From: Proteromonas lacertae
Taxonomy: Eukaryota
Direction of reading: 5' to 3'
Length of the DNA: 52,265 bases
Assembly: GCA_002245135.1 (NCBI GenBank)
Contig: NGBS01000041.1
Coordinates: 1 to 52,265 of the forward strand
How positions within the stretch are numbered: the first letter of the stretch is position 1; each line of letters starts with the position of its first letter. Position numbers and translations under genes: made by a program. Positions 25,712 through 40,100 of the stretch are shown here, piece after piece. Below the pieces are notes generated by a model. It had not been told where the DNA came from, did not search any database, and was given only the letters and a program-made list of their open reading frames with translations.

Positions 25712-28043
25712 ATGTGTTTTTTGACTAAAACTAGCTTTATCTTTGTCTTTTTGTTGTATTTTAATTTAATATGTGGACTACAGTACTTAATTGTAGTAAC
25801 TCATGATAATGATACAATTTGTTACGATGATAAAGAAGAATGTGAATGGAGTATTATAAGTGAAGCTGCTGATAGTCCTGCCGATAGAATACCATTGAAT
25901 GTATATATTTATATATAATACATAGTTTTCCTTTCCACTGTATCAAGAAACGTTCAATCGACTATTTATAAGCCCTAATGGATATATTCAATTCTATCCT
26001 AGAGTATACTCATATACTAATGATATTATATAACATAGTTACAAAATGAAGGAAAGATTAGTTATAGAGAAGCTGGTATCGATAAAGGATCTTATGATAT
26101 GTCAATTGCAGGAATATTAACTGATTTAGATCCAATTTTATACGACTACAGTAATGTTTATTATTATTCTGATGATGAAAGATTTGAAGTTTTGTTTGAT
26201 AAGGTTTCTATTTTTAAAACTGAACCTGATAGTATAAATGTAAATTACACTTTCTCAATCTCATTATATCCAAATGGAGTTGTGCAAATAACATATCATG
26301 ATATACCAAAATATGAAGATGCTGTGGAATTATTGCCTGTTAATTTAAATATCGACTCATCTTATTATTTTTATTATTCTGGAATAATTGGTTTAAATTA
26401 TAATGATAATTATACAAAATCATATCAAAGAGATTATACTACCCATGAATATGGAATTAAGTATCATAAACAAATTGATTTAATTCCACAAAATTCATTT
26501 CATTCGAATAATACAATTTTATTATGTCCAATGCCAGAAAAGTTATGTATTACTCCATATTTTATTGATGTATTTGGTATATTTATTAATATTATATATA
26601 TATATATATATATAGAAGGTGGAGAAGTTCATATGACTGGAGATATAATGTCATGTGAAAATGATTTGGTATTTCGATGTGTATTAAATGTGTTTATGAT
26701 GCAAACAATGTTTGTTGAAGCAAAGTATTTTTTATCATTCTTTTATTATCTTAAATAGATATACAAATAATGAAATAATATGTAAAATTCCACCATTTAG
26801 TGAGTTTAAACTTGATATTACCAAATATAGTTATAACAATAAAACAATAGATGATGAAGAGAAGAAAAAGAGAATAAACGAACCAAATCCAATTTATATA
26901 TTACTAGAATATTTAGCAACGTATGAATCAATTGATCAATCAGAATACTTTTATTATACACTTAATAGTCCATTAAAGGCTGTATTTATTGATTTTGATG
27001 ATAAAGAAGAGAATTATACATCCACTGCATGTGATGATACAGATGTAAATGTATGTGATAGTTGTGGAGAATGTGGTGGAAAGAATGAATGTATGATTTG
27101 TGATAATAAAACACTGTATTATACTAAATGTGAAGATAATTGCACTAGCTCTGAAGAATTTTATGATGGTGAGTGTGTTAAATATGATGAGATGTTTGAT
27201 TGTCTTGGTGAATATGATGGATCTGGAGTTGTATCAAAAAATAGTGCAGGAAATGGAATAGTATGTTGTCTTAAAGAAATAGATTGTGCTAATGTATGTA
27301 AAGGAGTTGCTGAAATTGATGATTGTGGAAATTGTGTGGGAGGTACAACAGGTAAAACAACAGAAGATTTTTTAGATTGTGATGCAGTATGTAATGGTCC
27401 AAATAAACCACCATGTTTTTCAAATATCGTGTATAATGACAGTGATATTGTGATTCAACATGAAATAACAGATGAACCTTTTAATGATACAATTATACTT
27501 TATTCTGCATTTGTTAATGGCACTGCTGCTGTTAGGTTTACAAGGGCATTTGTATATCCACAAATGCCTTATTATCCCAAAATTGAGGTATATGTAATAA
27601 ATAATGGGTCAGAACATTTAATTAGCCAATTTTATGATAATAAAGCACCATATTTACTCTCAAATAGTACAATTTACCTCAAAATTAAGGCACTTACTCA
27701 AAAGCTCAATACATATTCACCAAAATCAGTGAATAAACACAAAATAACCCTTAATTATAGACCAATCTTCAGTAATGACGAATATACCATGACATTTGAT
27801 TTGTATATAACATACAATCATTGTGAACGAAGAAAGGGTTATGAGCAATGCTATTTACCTGGATGTTTCTTTTGTATAGGGAATGGTGGATTTAATGTTG
27901 CAACAGAAACAAAGATGATCAATGGAGTATGTGTTGATGGGAATGTCTCAGTATGCCATGGAATGATAAACAAATCCGATGATGGATTTATGTTTGTTTT
28001 TTGTAATTTGTGGTTATTTGTGATAGTTATATTTATTTTATAA
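25712..28043 (+). CDS. Secreted/cell-surface protein: PLXDC/NIDO-like domain, Cys-rich DCxGxC repeats, PSI-like segment, hydrophobic C-terminal tail
   Basis: Signal peptide. Spliced sequence IPLNFSFPLYQETFNRLFISPNGYIQF..IAGILTDLDP..FSISLYPNGVVQITYHDIP, then DCANVCKG..DDCGNCVGG..DCDAVCNG. A hydrophobic stretch runs to the stop. Introns include 25901-25925 and 26004-26038. Confidence 0.7.
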
Positions 28044-28166
28044 TAATATTTTGTTTTACTTATCTTTTGTGTTAGAATGTGATGGTTTATGAAAGAATTT
28101 TGAGTTTTGAATGAAAAATTAGAGAAAGCTAAATGAAAGATATTTTTGATTAAATTATCACTCTCA

Positions 28167-31100
28167 ATGTCTACATTAGTCAATTGTTCTTTTAAAGATA
28201 AAAAGTACAAAATAAAGCTAGAAAAGAATGGAGTTACATCAAAGAATGCTATTATAGCTATTTCTGTATTGATGTCATTTATTAAGTATTAGAAAAAAAT
28301 AGAATTACCACCAGCGCGTTTATCTATTAAATTGGATGGGTCAGAAGATATTCTAAAGTTTGATAATGCATCTCTAGTCATTTCACCCAAAAGTGTTTTC
28401 AAAGTAGAAGAAAAAACACCTGAAGTAATAGAATGCAAAATGAAGATAATTGATGGTGATAATATACAAGAAATTGAAAGTGATACAGATTTAACAGTTG
28501 AAGACTTGAAATCAAGTGTTGATCTACATGAATTATGCAAAATATCTTGTTATGGAATAATTTTAGAGGATGATGCTAATTTGAAAGACTATATTTGTTC
28601 ATCTGAAGTAGATTTAGTTGTTATGTATTCTTCATCATTAGGCCAAAGCCTAACTGCACCGTCAATACCTATTCTTCAACAAGTAACTGAACAACAACCA
28701 CAACTTCCATTACCTAATCTTTCACCATCTCCTTATTTATCACCAGTAGCAATATCTCAAACACAACCGTTACAACAACAACCAATAACATATAATCCTC
28801 TTGCACAACAACAATATGTATTACAAACACAACCATTACAACAAGCTAATATACCAATACAACAGAATAATCCGTCAAAGCCAGTACAAGCTGAACAAAT
28901 AAAACAACAATCATTGGAAGAACCATTATTAAAACAATCAACAACAACAAATTCCGGGAATATATTAAATCCAGAAGAATCATTCGAAGAAATGGATCAA
29001 AGTGGAAAAGATCATTTTGATTTCATCACTTCACATAATAACTATAACAAAATAGTAATAAATCCAAAAGAAAAAGAAGAAGAAGAAGAAGAAAATAATG
29101 AGTGTTTTAAGAATGAAAATGGATTAATTATCTATCCATATCAATCAACTTCATTTATAATTCAATATGTTGATGATGATAATATCAAATCTGTTTGTTT
29201 AAAGAGAATCTCAATTCGTCAAGATAAAAACATATCTCCTTCTTTACCATCTTCATTAATCCATGGATTAGAGTCACTAGTGAATGATTCAAAATTATTA
29301 TTTTGTGATGAAGATGAACATGATGGTAGTGCATTCTTTCTTCCATTTATACCAACTACAAAAAGTAAAAAACACGTTTATAACAAAGTTCCAAAACATA
29401 TTTATTTCTTTAAAATATCTAATGTTAAAGATCATAAAATCTCAATTAATTATAAAACTAGTGTAGAATGTAAAACTGATATTCTTATTGTCCACTCTGA
29501 TAAACCAGAATTCACATGTTATGATGAATATGATAAAATATGTTATATCTGTAAACCATATAAGAAAGTAACATCTGTTAAAAATAATCCAATTGCTGCA
29601 ATGACTAAAAATGCTATGACTAGATTAGGTTTTATTGTTGAAGCAATTGTTTCTAACTTCCCTTTATTAATAGAAGGAAAGACATCCAGTGCAAAGACAT
29701 TTTCTGTCGAACAAGTTTGTAGAAATGGTCAGTTACCTATTATTAGATATAACTTTAGTCCATCTTCAACAATTGATGAATTAATCGGAAATATAATTAT
29801 TGAAACTGTCAATAATCAACCAAAAATACATTTCAAACTTGGTCCATTTTCACAAGCTTTTATTGAAGGTAAAATACTACTATTAGATGAATTATCATTA
29901 GCAAATCCTGAGGTTATACAAAGTATGATGAGTATTTTAGATTCTCATGAATTATATATTGATGAAATTGGTAATGGTTACTGTAAATACGAAATTAATC
30001 CAAACTTTAGGATTATTGCAACTCAGAATCCAGCTGGTTCTGTTTATAAAAGAACAAAATTAGATGATAACATGCTATCTCATTTTAGATTTATAGATTC
30101 TGATGCTTTTCCAGAAATTACTGATGAAGAATTAAAAGAGATTTTACATAATTTCAAATCAATTAGTCAATTCAATCTTCCTCTCCTAATTGAAGCTCAT
30201 CAAAAAGCAGTAAGAGAAAATCCTGATCATATTTACACTTTAAGAGATTGTTTAAGAGTAAAAACCATGTCTGAACATTGTGATTTTAAAGATTCAATTC
30301 CATTAGTATATAGTAATGAATTAGTGAAAAGTAAAGATAAAAAAGAAATAGAATATCAATCAAATTATCAATTGAATCCAACTACATTTAATGATCTTTG
30401 TTATAATATAAATAACATTTTGAAAAGTGGAAATCATATTATTATCTCTGCAGATGATGAATTTACTGTAAGAAAGTATTTATATGCATATTTAAACTGC
30501 TATAATAAAGAAAGTCTAAATAATGTTATTCACTGTACAAGTAATACAACAATTGAGAATTTGGTAGGTGTTTATCAGATTAGTAAATCGAAAGATAAAT
30601 GTGAACCAATATGGGTTGATTCTGCATTAATGAACAGCATTATAAATGGAAATATTTGTGTTTTACAACATTTAGATAATATGAAATCAAACATTATTGA
30701 AAGATTGAATAGTTTGTTAGAAATAAATCCAAGTGAGAAAGATGGTGTAATTCATAAGATTAGATTTGATGAAAGAGTTGAATGTCCAGAATTGATAATT
30801 CATCCAAATTTTAGAATTATTTGTACAGTGTCAAATCATCATTTATACCAAAAATTCTCACCAGCTTTGTTAAATCGTTTTATTCAGATTGAATTACCAT
30901 TTGATATGTCTAATAGTTATAGTAGATTAAATGATGATATATATTTTGAAATGATTAAATCATTTTGTGATAGTTATTATCACGATGAACCAGAAAAAGA
31001 AAAAATAGAGCAAGAAATAATGAATCATTTTCTAAATGATGAAACTCCATTAACTTGTTATGAAACAGTTAATATTAGAAAGAATTTAATGAAAGAAATA

Positions 31101-34100
31101 TTTATGAATATTATTTTAAACAGATGTATTGTTGTAAATGGACATAGAGATTGTGGCAAATCTTCTTTAATAGAAATGATATTATCAAATGGTTATACTG
31201 AATTAAAACACAAATACTTATATATATCTCAAGACACTGAATTTGATCAATTATTAGGTTTCTATACAAAAGATGGAACTTTTAATTATTCAATTTTAGC
31301 AAAAGCTATGCAAGATGGTATTATATTAGTGATAGAAGATGCTCAATCAATTTCTAATGACTTCTTTGAATTATTTGAATCATTTATTGATCCAATGACG
31401 AATAGATTTGAATATATGAATCATAAAATTGATATTAATCCAAACTTTAGAGTAATATTTTTATTTACTACAATAGGTGAAAGACAGCCTTCTCAATCTA
31501 TTCCATCTTATGTTCCAATTATTTCTATTGAGGATTATACACTTGAAGAAAAAACACAAATTATGAAACCTATTCATCCTGACTTATTAAATACTGAGAT
31601 GTTTTCACTAACTCAGTTTAAGTATATAAAAGAAGCATTATCGAATTATAAAGAAGATTATCATCCATACATTATCTCATTATTTGTTCAGTCAGATGAA
31701 CATTTCAATCAAATTCAAGAGATTTATAAAGAAACATTGAATAAGATGCATTTAACCATTAAACAATTCTTGCAATCACCTATAAATATTATAAAGAAAA
31801 CTGAAAATGGTGAAATTTATACATATTTAACAAAGTCGCATATTGAAGTAAAAATCATATTAAATGATAATGATGAAGAATGTGAAGATATTTGGTATTT
31901 AGAAAGTCTTTATAGATTAGCAATGCTTCATGATATAAACTGTCCAATATTATTTGTTGGTTCAAATCCATTTACATCTCAATTATTTAAGAATGTGTTT
32001 CAGTATAACAAGGATATTGAATTGTCTAGATCTTATGATTCAAGTTATATATTAGGATCTACACTTATCACATCACCTTCAGAGATAATGACTGTTATAG
32101 AACAACTAACACCACCAAATAGTAATTCATTGTCATATACTGATAGATTTAATATATGGAAGAAAAGTGTTGAAGATCCAATAACGAAAGATGAAAATTC
32201 TTATTCATTCTTCAAGCCTGGCTTGTTATTATCATCCATAATTAGAGATGAAGATATTATATTGAATCATTATGATTTATTGAGTGATAGTATTATACCA
32301 AGAATAACTGGTTTGTTACAGATTTATAATGAAATTTGTTCATTAAGAAATTTCGTTTTATATGAAGATTCTGTTGGAGATTTCTTATCATTTGTTGATA
32401 ATATACCAGCCTTTGTAGCAACTGTTGATTTAGAAGATTATTCAAGGATTAGTAATAAACATTTATTCATTCCAATATTCTGTCCAAATCCAACCACTTT
32501 AGAAGTTCAAAAGAGATATCCAAGTTATAAGATTAATGAGAATTTGCCATTACATTATTATGAATTAACAGAAAACTTAAGAAAGAATTTTAAGAATGAA
32601 CAGGATTCTCTCTTCTATATTGATTATATATCTAAAGACATTCAATCAAAGAAAGCGTTATTAAAACAACATAATAAAGTAAGTAAATATTTAAATGAAT
32701 TATTAGCAAATAATGATATTACAGAACTTGAAAATATGATCAACAGATGTTTTAATCATGATTTTAGCAAAGCATTTGGTAAAGTAATTAATTATATAAA
32801 TGATTGTAAAAGTGAAGTTCCAACAATAACTCCAACAGAAAATGATAATGATAAAGTTTTATCTCCAACAATACAAAATACTCCAAAATTATCATCAAAT
32901 AATGAATTTGATTTTTATTTAGTTCCAACTACTGCTCATTTGATGATTACTATAATTTTAGGAATATTGTCAGAGTTACCAGTTATATTAGAAGGTGATC
33001 CAGGTGTTGGAAAGTCAGTTACATCACAATATATATTTGATGCTTTTGATATACCATTTCATCGATTTAATTTCTCACCAAACGTTACAATTCAAGAATT
33101 ATTTGGATCTATTCAAATTGATAATGAAAATCAAACTCAAGGCAGAAAACCTGGTGCTCTAACTCAATTATTGTTGGATAATAATAATAATGATTCAAAT
33201 TCAACAATTGGTTTTTTGTTTGATGAATTGAATTTAGCTCCTCCAGAAGTATTGGATGTGCTGTTTGCATTTATGAAATCTATTAAATCTCATTCAGATT
33301 TCTATGCACCAGGATATGGTGATATAAAACTACCAAAACATGTTTATATTATTTGCACTTTAAATCCAGCATCAATGACAGGAAATAGAACTTCATTATC
33401 TAGAAATCTGATTAATTTATGCTTATATCATAATGATATATCTTACAGTTTATACGAATTATTAATTATTGCACAAGAAATATTGAAAATGTACCAAGAG
33501 AATAGTAATAAAGATGAAAAGAAGAAAGCTCAATTTGAAGAAATGTTACATAATTTATTTGAATTATCATTGAAATTAGGTAAACAAACAGGAATATTCT
33601 TTTCACTAAGAGAACCAATCAAAGCAATAGAAATATGGAGAAGTTGTGCTTTATTACATTCTGATATTCGATCAGCATTATGGATTATTTTTGGTAGTAA
33701 ATACAATTCAATAGATAGTAAAGAAATTGAAAAGATATTATCCATTAATAATGAAATGAATATTCAATTTATCACTGAGAATAATAAAATTGTATTAACT
33801 GGACCATGGAATATAGAAATTCCTTCTGATAATTTATCCTTTGAATTTAGTCAGTTTACTTCTTTAGAATTGATGTTAGTGTATAAGATTGCTTTAGCAT
33901 ATGAATCTAAAAGAGCAATTATTCTTTATGGACCATCTCCATCTGGTAAAAGTTTTGTAGTAAGAAAATTAGCTGAATTGTATAAGAAAATGATTATTCC
34001 AATTCCATTGAATAGTGAAAGTAATAGTTCAACATTAATCGGAAGAATGGAATTAGTGGTTGATGAAAAATCTGGTGAATCAAAATTAGAGTTTAAAAAA

Positions 34101-37100
34101 GGTCCTTTACTTACTTCTATTGAAAAAGGATCTTGGATTGTTTTGGAAGATATTAATTTGGCAAGTAGTGATATACTAGAAAGATTAAATTCATTATGTG
34201 AAGAAAAACCAGAAATTACAGTTGTAGAAAGTGGCGAGAATATAACCTATTCATTAGATAATGAAAATGAAGAATATAGAATTAATCCTGATTTTAGAAT
34301 ATTCTTTTTATTTTCAACTGATAATATTTCAACTATTCCTCCTCCTTTATTGAGTAGATGTATTGTATTGTGTGGAGAATCATTATCAAATGTTAAATCG
34401 GTTCAAGAGTTATGTTATTCAGTGAATAAACCAAACGAAGCTAAGTCGTTTGGCGATGATATAAAATGTGATTTTAGAAGTGTTTTAAGATATTTGAAAT
34501 ATAATATTGACACTGCTTTTAAGTATGAATTTCATGCTAAAAAAGTATCAAATAAGAAATTGTTGATTAATCCAGATAATCTTAAAAAGAATAATGTAGA
34601 AAGACTAATAGATATTCTCTCTCAAAGAACTGTTAATAAACGAGTTAATGAATCATTATCAGCAATTATAAAGAAGATATTAAATGAATCGATATTATTT
34701 TTCAAAAGAAAAACAATAGAAAAAATAAGAGAGAATATGTCCAAAATTATTGGTTCTGTTATGTATTATCCAATTGAAAAGTTAATCACAACAGTGGATG
34801 AGAATATAGATCAGAATAGAAGTGTCTTAGATCCATCACTTGATAGTTATTCTGATTTTCAAAGATGGTTATTATTCCCCACATTTGATTTGAATAGTAA
34901 AGAAAAATGTAAAACTATGCATGAAAGCCCATTGTTGAAAAGTGATTGTTTTGAAAATCTTGAAGATTATTTTGAGTTTAAAAGTGTTTCTGATGAATTT
35001 ATATTGTATTACATAATTGGACAAATTGATATTTTCTTACAGAAAGAAACATGGAAGAAATATAATACACTTTTTCAGAATATAATTGACAGAATAAATG
35101 AATTAGCTGAAATGAAAGCACCAATTGATATTATTATTAATACATGTTATGAATTAGTGACTAAAAGTGAAAATATCATTAATCAATATGAAAATTGTGA
35201 AGTTATAAATGACATTATCATTAAAGAAGTTGAAGAATTCAAGACACAATTTCAAAATGAAATAAAGAATTATCATTTAGATCGATTTGATTCGTTGTTA
35301 GAGTTTAAAAAACAATATGATGTATTTTATCAGAATATTTGTCATAAAAGAGATATGCAAAGAATTAAAGATAGAAAAACAAGAGAAAGAGTATCAAATT
35401 TACATGTTGCTATGAAGAACTTATCAAAATTCAACAGCGTTTTTATTGAGGATTTTCAGAATTGTTATGATAAAGAAGGTATTTCAGGTGAATTGTTAGT
35501 TACATTACAGAAAACAAAGATGATTAATAACCCTGTTGCTAATTATCAATCAATAACTGATGAATCAACCCAATTATATTTCATGATGAGTTATATTTTG
35601 TCACTGTTGAAAGATAATGATAATGCAATAGTAATGTCAACTTTAATTCAATATTTTTCACTATTCATCAAGATTGGGTTTGATAAAGAGAATGTTCTGA
35701 AGAATTTAAATGTTATGGAAGGGTTAAAAGATTCAATTATTATTTATATCAATTCTGTTATGAATAAATTATCAAAAGAATTCACAGTGGATGATGAATT
35801 GTTGAATTACATAAAAGATACTTCAATAACAGTTCATCGTTTTGTTGATAAGAAAGAGTTATTAGATGCTTTAGATAAACTATCAGATGCAACATGGATA
35901 AAGATTGGTAGTGATAAAACAACAAAAGTGTTTCTATTATCACAAGGTCAATATGATTTAGTTTATAAAGATAGTTTGTGTAGATGTGATACTGAGAAAT
36001 ATAATAGATTAAATTATGATGCAATTACACCAAAGATAATAAAAGCAGCTGATAATAGAGATGAATCATTTCACTGGAAAATAGAATATATATTGTCATT
36101 AAAATCAGATAATTATACATCTGATAATACAGAAGGTTCTATTATAACTTCTGATGATCTGAAATATGAATATCTAATAAGAACATCAAATAAAGAGGAT
36201 TTAAGATATGATGAAATAGATGAGATAATATATAATTCAAATCTTTGCTTTAATGATAAGTTAATTTTGCTTTGTCCAAGATTTCGTTCAGATTTAACTG
36301 ATGTAATTCATGAAGTTTTAGATCAACCGGAGTTGAAAGAATATATTGATGAAGGTTTTAAATCTGTTAATAGCATAGATGAATTAGTTGAAAGTATTGA
36401 TGAATGGTTTTTGAAAGATTATGAAAATGAAAGAAAGGAAAAGGAAGAAGAATTGAAAACAAAAAATGAAATTGTTGAGAAGAGTGTCACTAGAATGAAT
36501 AAATGTAATAAAGAGAAAGAAAAGTTGGTCCATGAAATGAAAGAAATGGTTAAAAAGGATATTGAAGAGAAACAAAAACCATATAAATCTGAATTTAAAG
36601 ATCCAAAAGAATTAGAAGATACTGTAAAACAAATTTATACTATTCTATATCATCAGTCAGTTAATAAATTCCTAGAATTAAGTAATTATGGTTATAGATA
36701 TAGTTATAAACCAATAATAGATGATGAAGATTTGAAAGATAAAAGAAAAACTCCTGGTGATATAAAAATTGCATTTATATGTTATAATAAATCAGTTGGT
36801 GGATTTGAATGTAATTTAAAAGTGAATAACAAAGAAACAGATATAAAACTAATCTCAAAACCAATTTATTTCAACACATTTATGGAGATGTATAAAGGTG
36901 AAAAAGTATTTCCAATTGTTTTACCCTTTTCAACATATGATATTGTTGTTGATATACCTCAAGAAGCATTAGATAAAGGAGTGAAGTATATATATAAATA
37001 TTATACTCAAAGTTACAAAAGAAGAGATGATAAAGCAAATGACTTAATTCTTTACATGAAATATATCTCTTATCAATACGCTGTTAGTTTTGATTTAGAT

Positions 37101-40100
37101 AAATATAAATCATATTTTAATATGATGCAGCCCGAATTGCATAATCATAAGATATTTTTTCATAAAGTAGAAACTGATAATAAGACTGTTCCATTATTCT
37201 ATTGGTTTAAAATGAATATAAAAGAACAGGTAAATGTTAATAAAGGTTATTTAAAGATTGATAAAGAATTACCTCTAAGTCCAACATCTCATATATTTGG
37301 TGAAGGATATCCAATATATATAAGTATCGAACCAAATGTTACTGTTAAAGGAACTCCAAAAGAATTTACTAAGGAGATATTTGATGCTTATCAAAAATAC
37401 TCGAAACTTACTCAGAATGATTATTTTGTGGAAGGTAAAAAAGTCATTAACAGTAAAGATAGATTATGCCAAGATAAAGTTGACAAAATTAATTCATTAA
37501 TAAAAAAACTAGATGAAATAACAAAAGAAGTGGAAAAATCTAGAAAAGTAGTGAAAGAACTAAAAGATAAAATAGAAAAGATTAAAAAACCAATATCATT
37601 TAATGATAAGATATTCCCAACAATCAATAATGAAGATAATACTGATAAGCTTGATAATGAAGATAGTAAAATAATACAATTATCAAATATAATATTAATA
37701 ACATCTGTAAAAGGATATGGTATATTACTTCCTAAAGGTAATAGATTCACTTTACCTCCTCTAATTATTAGTCGTAATGAATCAAAATTATTTATAACTA
37801 TTTTAAATCCGAATGAATTAGAGATTTCTGTAAATTCAAATGACTGTAGAGTGTCAATAACTGCAAATAAATTGTATATAACAATAGAATCTCCAAAACC
37901 ATCTCACGTTGTTTATGCAATAGAAATAAAGACTGAAGTTGATAGTAAAACATTTGAAATTGAATTTGATATTTTAGAATATGATAATGTATTTACTACA
38001 AATACTCCTTGTGTAATATCAAAAGATAAAAAGTCATTAGAATATAAATATGATTATAGTCAACAGAATAAAAATGAATTTGAAGTGGTTTGGTTTGATG
38101 ATGAAGGTAAACATAACAAAAAGAAGCCTTTAAATACAAAAGATTTTATATTTATAGAAAAAACTGATAAATTAAGTATTCATAAAGGATCTACTTCAGT
38201 TAATTCTAATAATAAACAGTTTGTAACAGATGGAAAAGAATGGAATATTTATGATGTTAAAAGTATTTCACCTAATAACATATTATCAGAAATACCAGAA
38301 ACGTGATAAATGTAGATAGAAAATATTCTCAAATAAATTCTCATAGATTATCAGATTATATTCAAGCATTCAATGGATTATTTTTAGTGAGTCTTTCATC
38401 AAAGCAGAATAAGAATAAAGTAGATTCAATAAGAAATATATTATATGAAATAAAAGGAGATAAGAAATATTTCAAATGTATTGCAAAATTGGTAGAGAAT
38501 AATTTGAATTATTTCAATCCAAAATCTCAACACTCAATTCTCCAATGGAATGAATTACATAATTTATTTAATCAACAAATGAAGTTACAAGAAGAAAGAA
38601 AACCAATAGAAAATGATATAAGTAAAAGAAAACAAATAGATGCTGATGTAACTCCAAATACAAGAGTTAATATGATGATGAATAATGGTAATATGTTATA
38701 CCAAAACCAAAAGAAAGGTGTAAAGATTTGTGCATCAGGAAAAGATGAATCAATTGAAGGAATTGTTGGATCTTTCGTAGCAGAAGAATCAATAGATAAT
38801 GAGTTGTTTAATAATGAAGAAAGTGATGAAAATGAAGAAAACAGAAAAGCTGTAGATGAGAAAAAGATAGAAGAAAAAAGAGAAGAATTAAGAAGTGCAA
38901 ATGTAAAAGAAATTTTAACTCATTTCAAGAATATGAGTTTGGATAATTACTTTAATACTATTTTGAAACGAACAAATGATTATGATGCTACAAAAATAAT
39001 GTCAAATAGAGATGAACATAGTTTAAAGGCACCAACATTCAGCAAAGAGATAAACTATAAACAAATGAAAGTTATCTATGATTTGTTATTAGATTTTGCA
39101 TATGAAATATCAACAATAATAAGAAGAATTATATCAGATAATAATAAAAACAATGAATATGTGAAATTATTAACTTTGGTTATAGATACATCATTTACTC
39201 ATAAGAAAAGAAAAGCAAGATTAAGATCATTAATATCGTGTTTGCTGTTGATAGTTGCAGAAGAATTAAATATCCCTACAAGAATAGTTGCTTCTATATC
39301 TCATGGTCAATGTATATTATTATCTTTACCTGATGAAGCGATACTAACAAAAATGAGCAAAATATTTGATTTAGAGTCAATAGAAAAAATGCCTTCAACT
39401 CCATTAGATGCATTTGCTTATGTCGATGATATGTATATTAATAAAGAAACAAAAGAAAATACTTACTTCATTGTGAGTGATTGTTTTTCGGAACAACTTT
39501 TAACATCAAATGAAGATGTTATTAATTTCATCCATTACAATTTAAACTCATTGTTTTTGTTTAGAATATATTCAGAATCTTCAGCTAAAACCAATGAAAA
39601 TGATATTGATAATGAGTGTATATCAATAGATAATACAAATACAATGATGAACATATTAGAATCTAATTTTGAAGATCATTTCTATTCAGTAAATGATGTT
39701 AGTGTATTAATTGATCCATTATGTATTCAGACATATGCAACAATGTTTATATCCAATAGTCAAACAGAAGTTTGTGATATTCAATCTTTAGAAATTGATG
39801 AAAAAGGTATAGTTGATACAGAACCATCAGAAAACTCAAACTTTATATTAAATGCACCAATAATCAAGAACGACATATTGACTGTAATATTAGATTCATC
39901 TCAAACAAGTACTGCTTCTGTTAAATTACCAAATATCGATGATAAAGAATTGGATCATTTCAATAGAAATAATAATGGAAATTCAAAAATGATAAAATAT
40001 ATAAATGAAACATTCAAAGGAAATGTATTATTCTATCCGTTGAATTCAACTTTACTTATACCAAACAAACCAACTTCATGGGTTCCAAGTGTATCTGGAA

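Noticed and set aside
38295..38310. Bacterial-style overlapping stop/start (GTGA) suggesting a two-gene operon
   Set aside because: The context is eukaryotic, adding one A (GAA AAC GTG) fuses the frames, and the fused product has the expected AAA-linker-vWA order.
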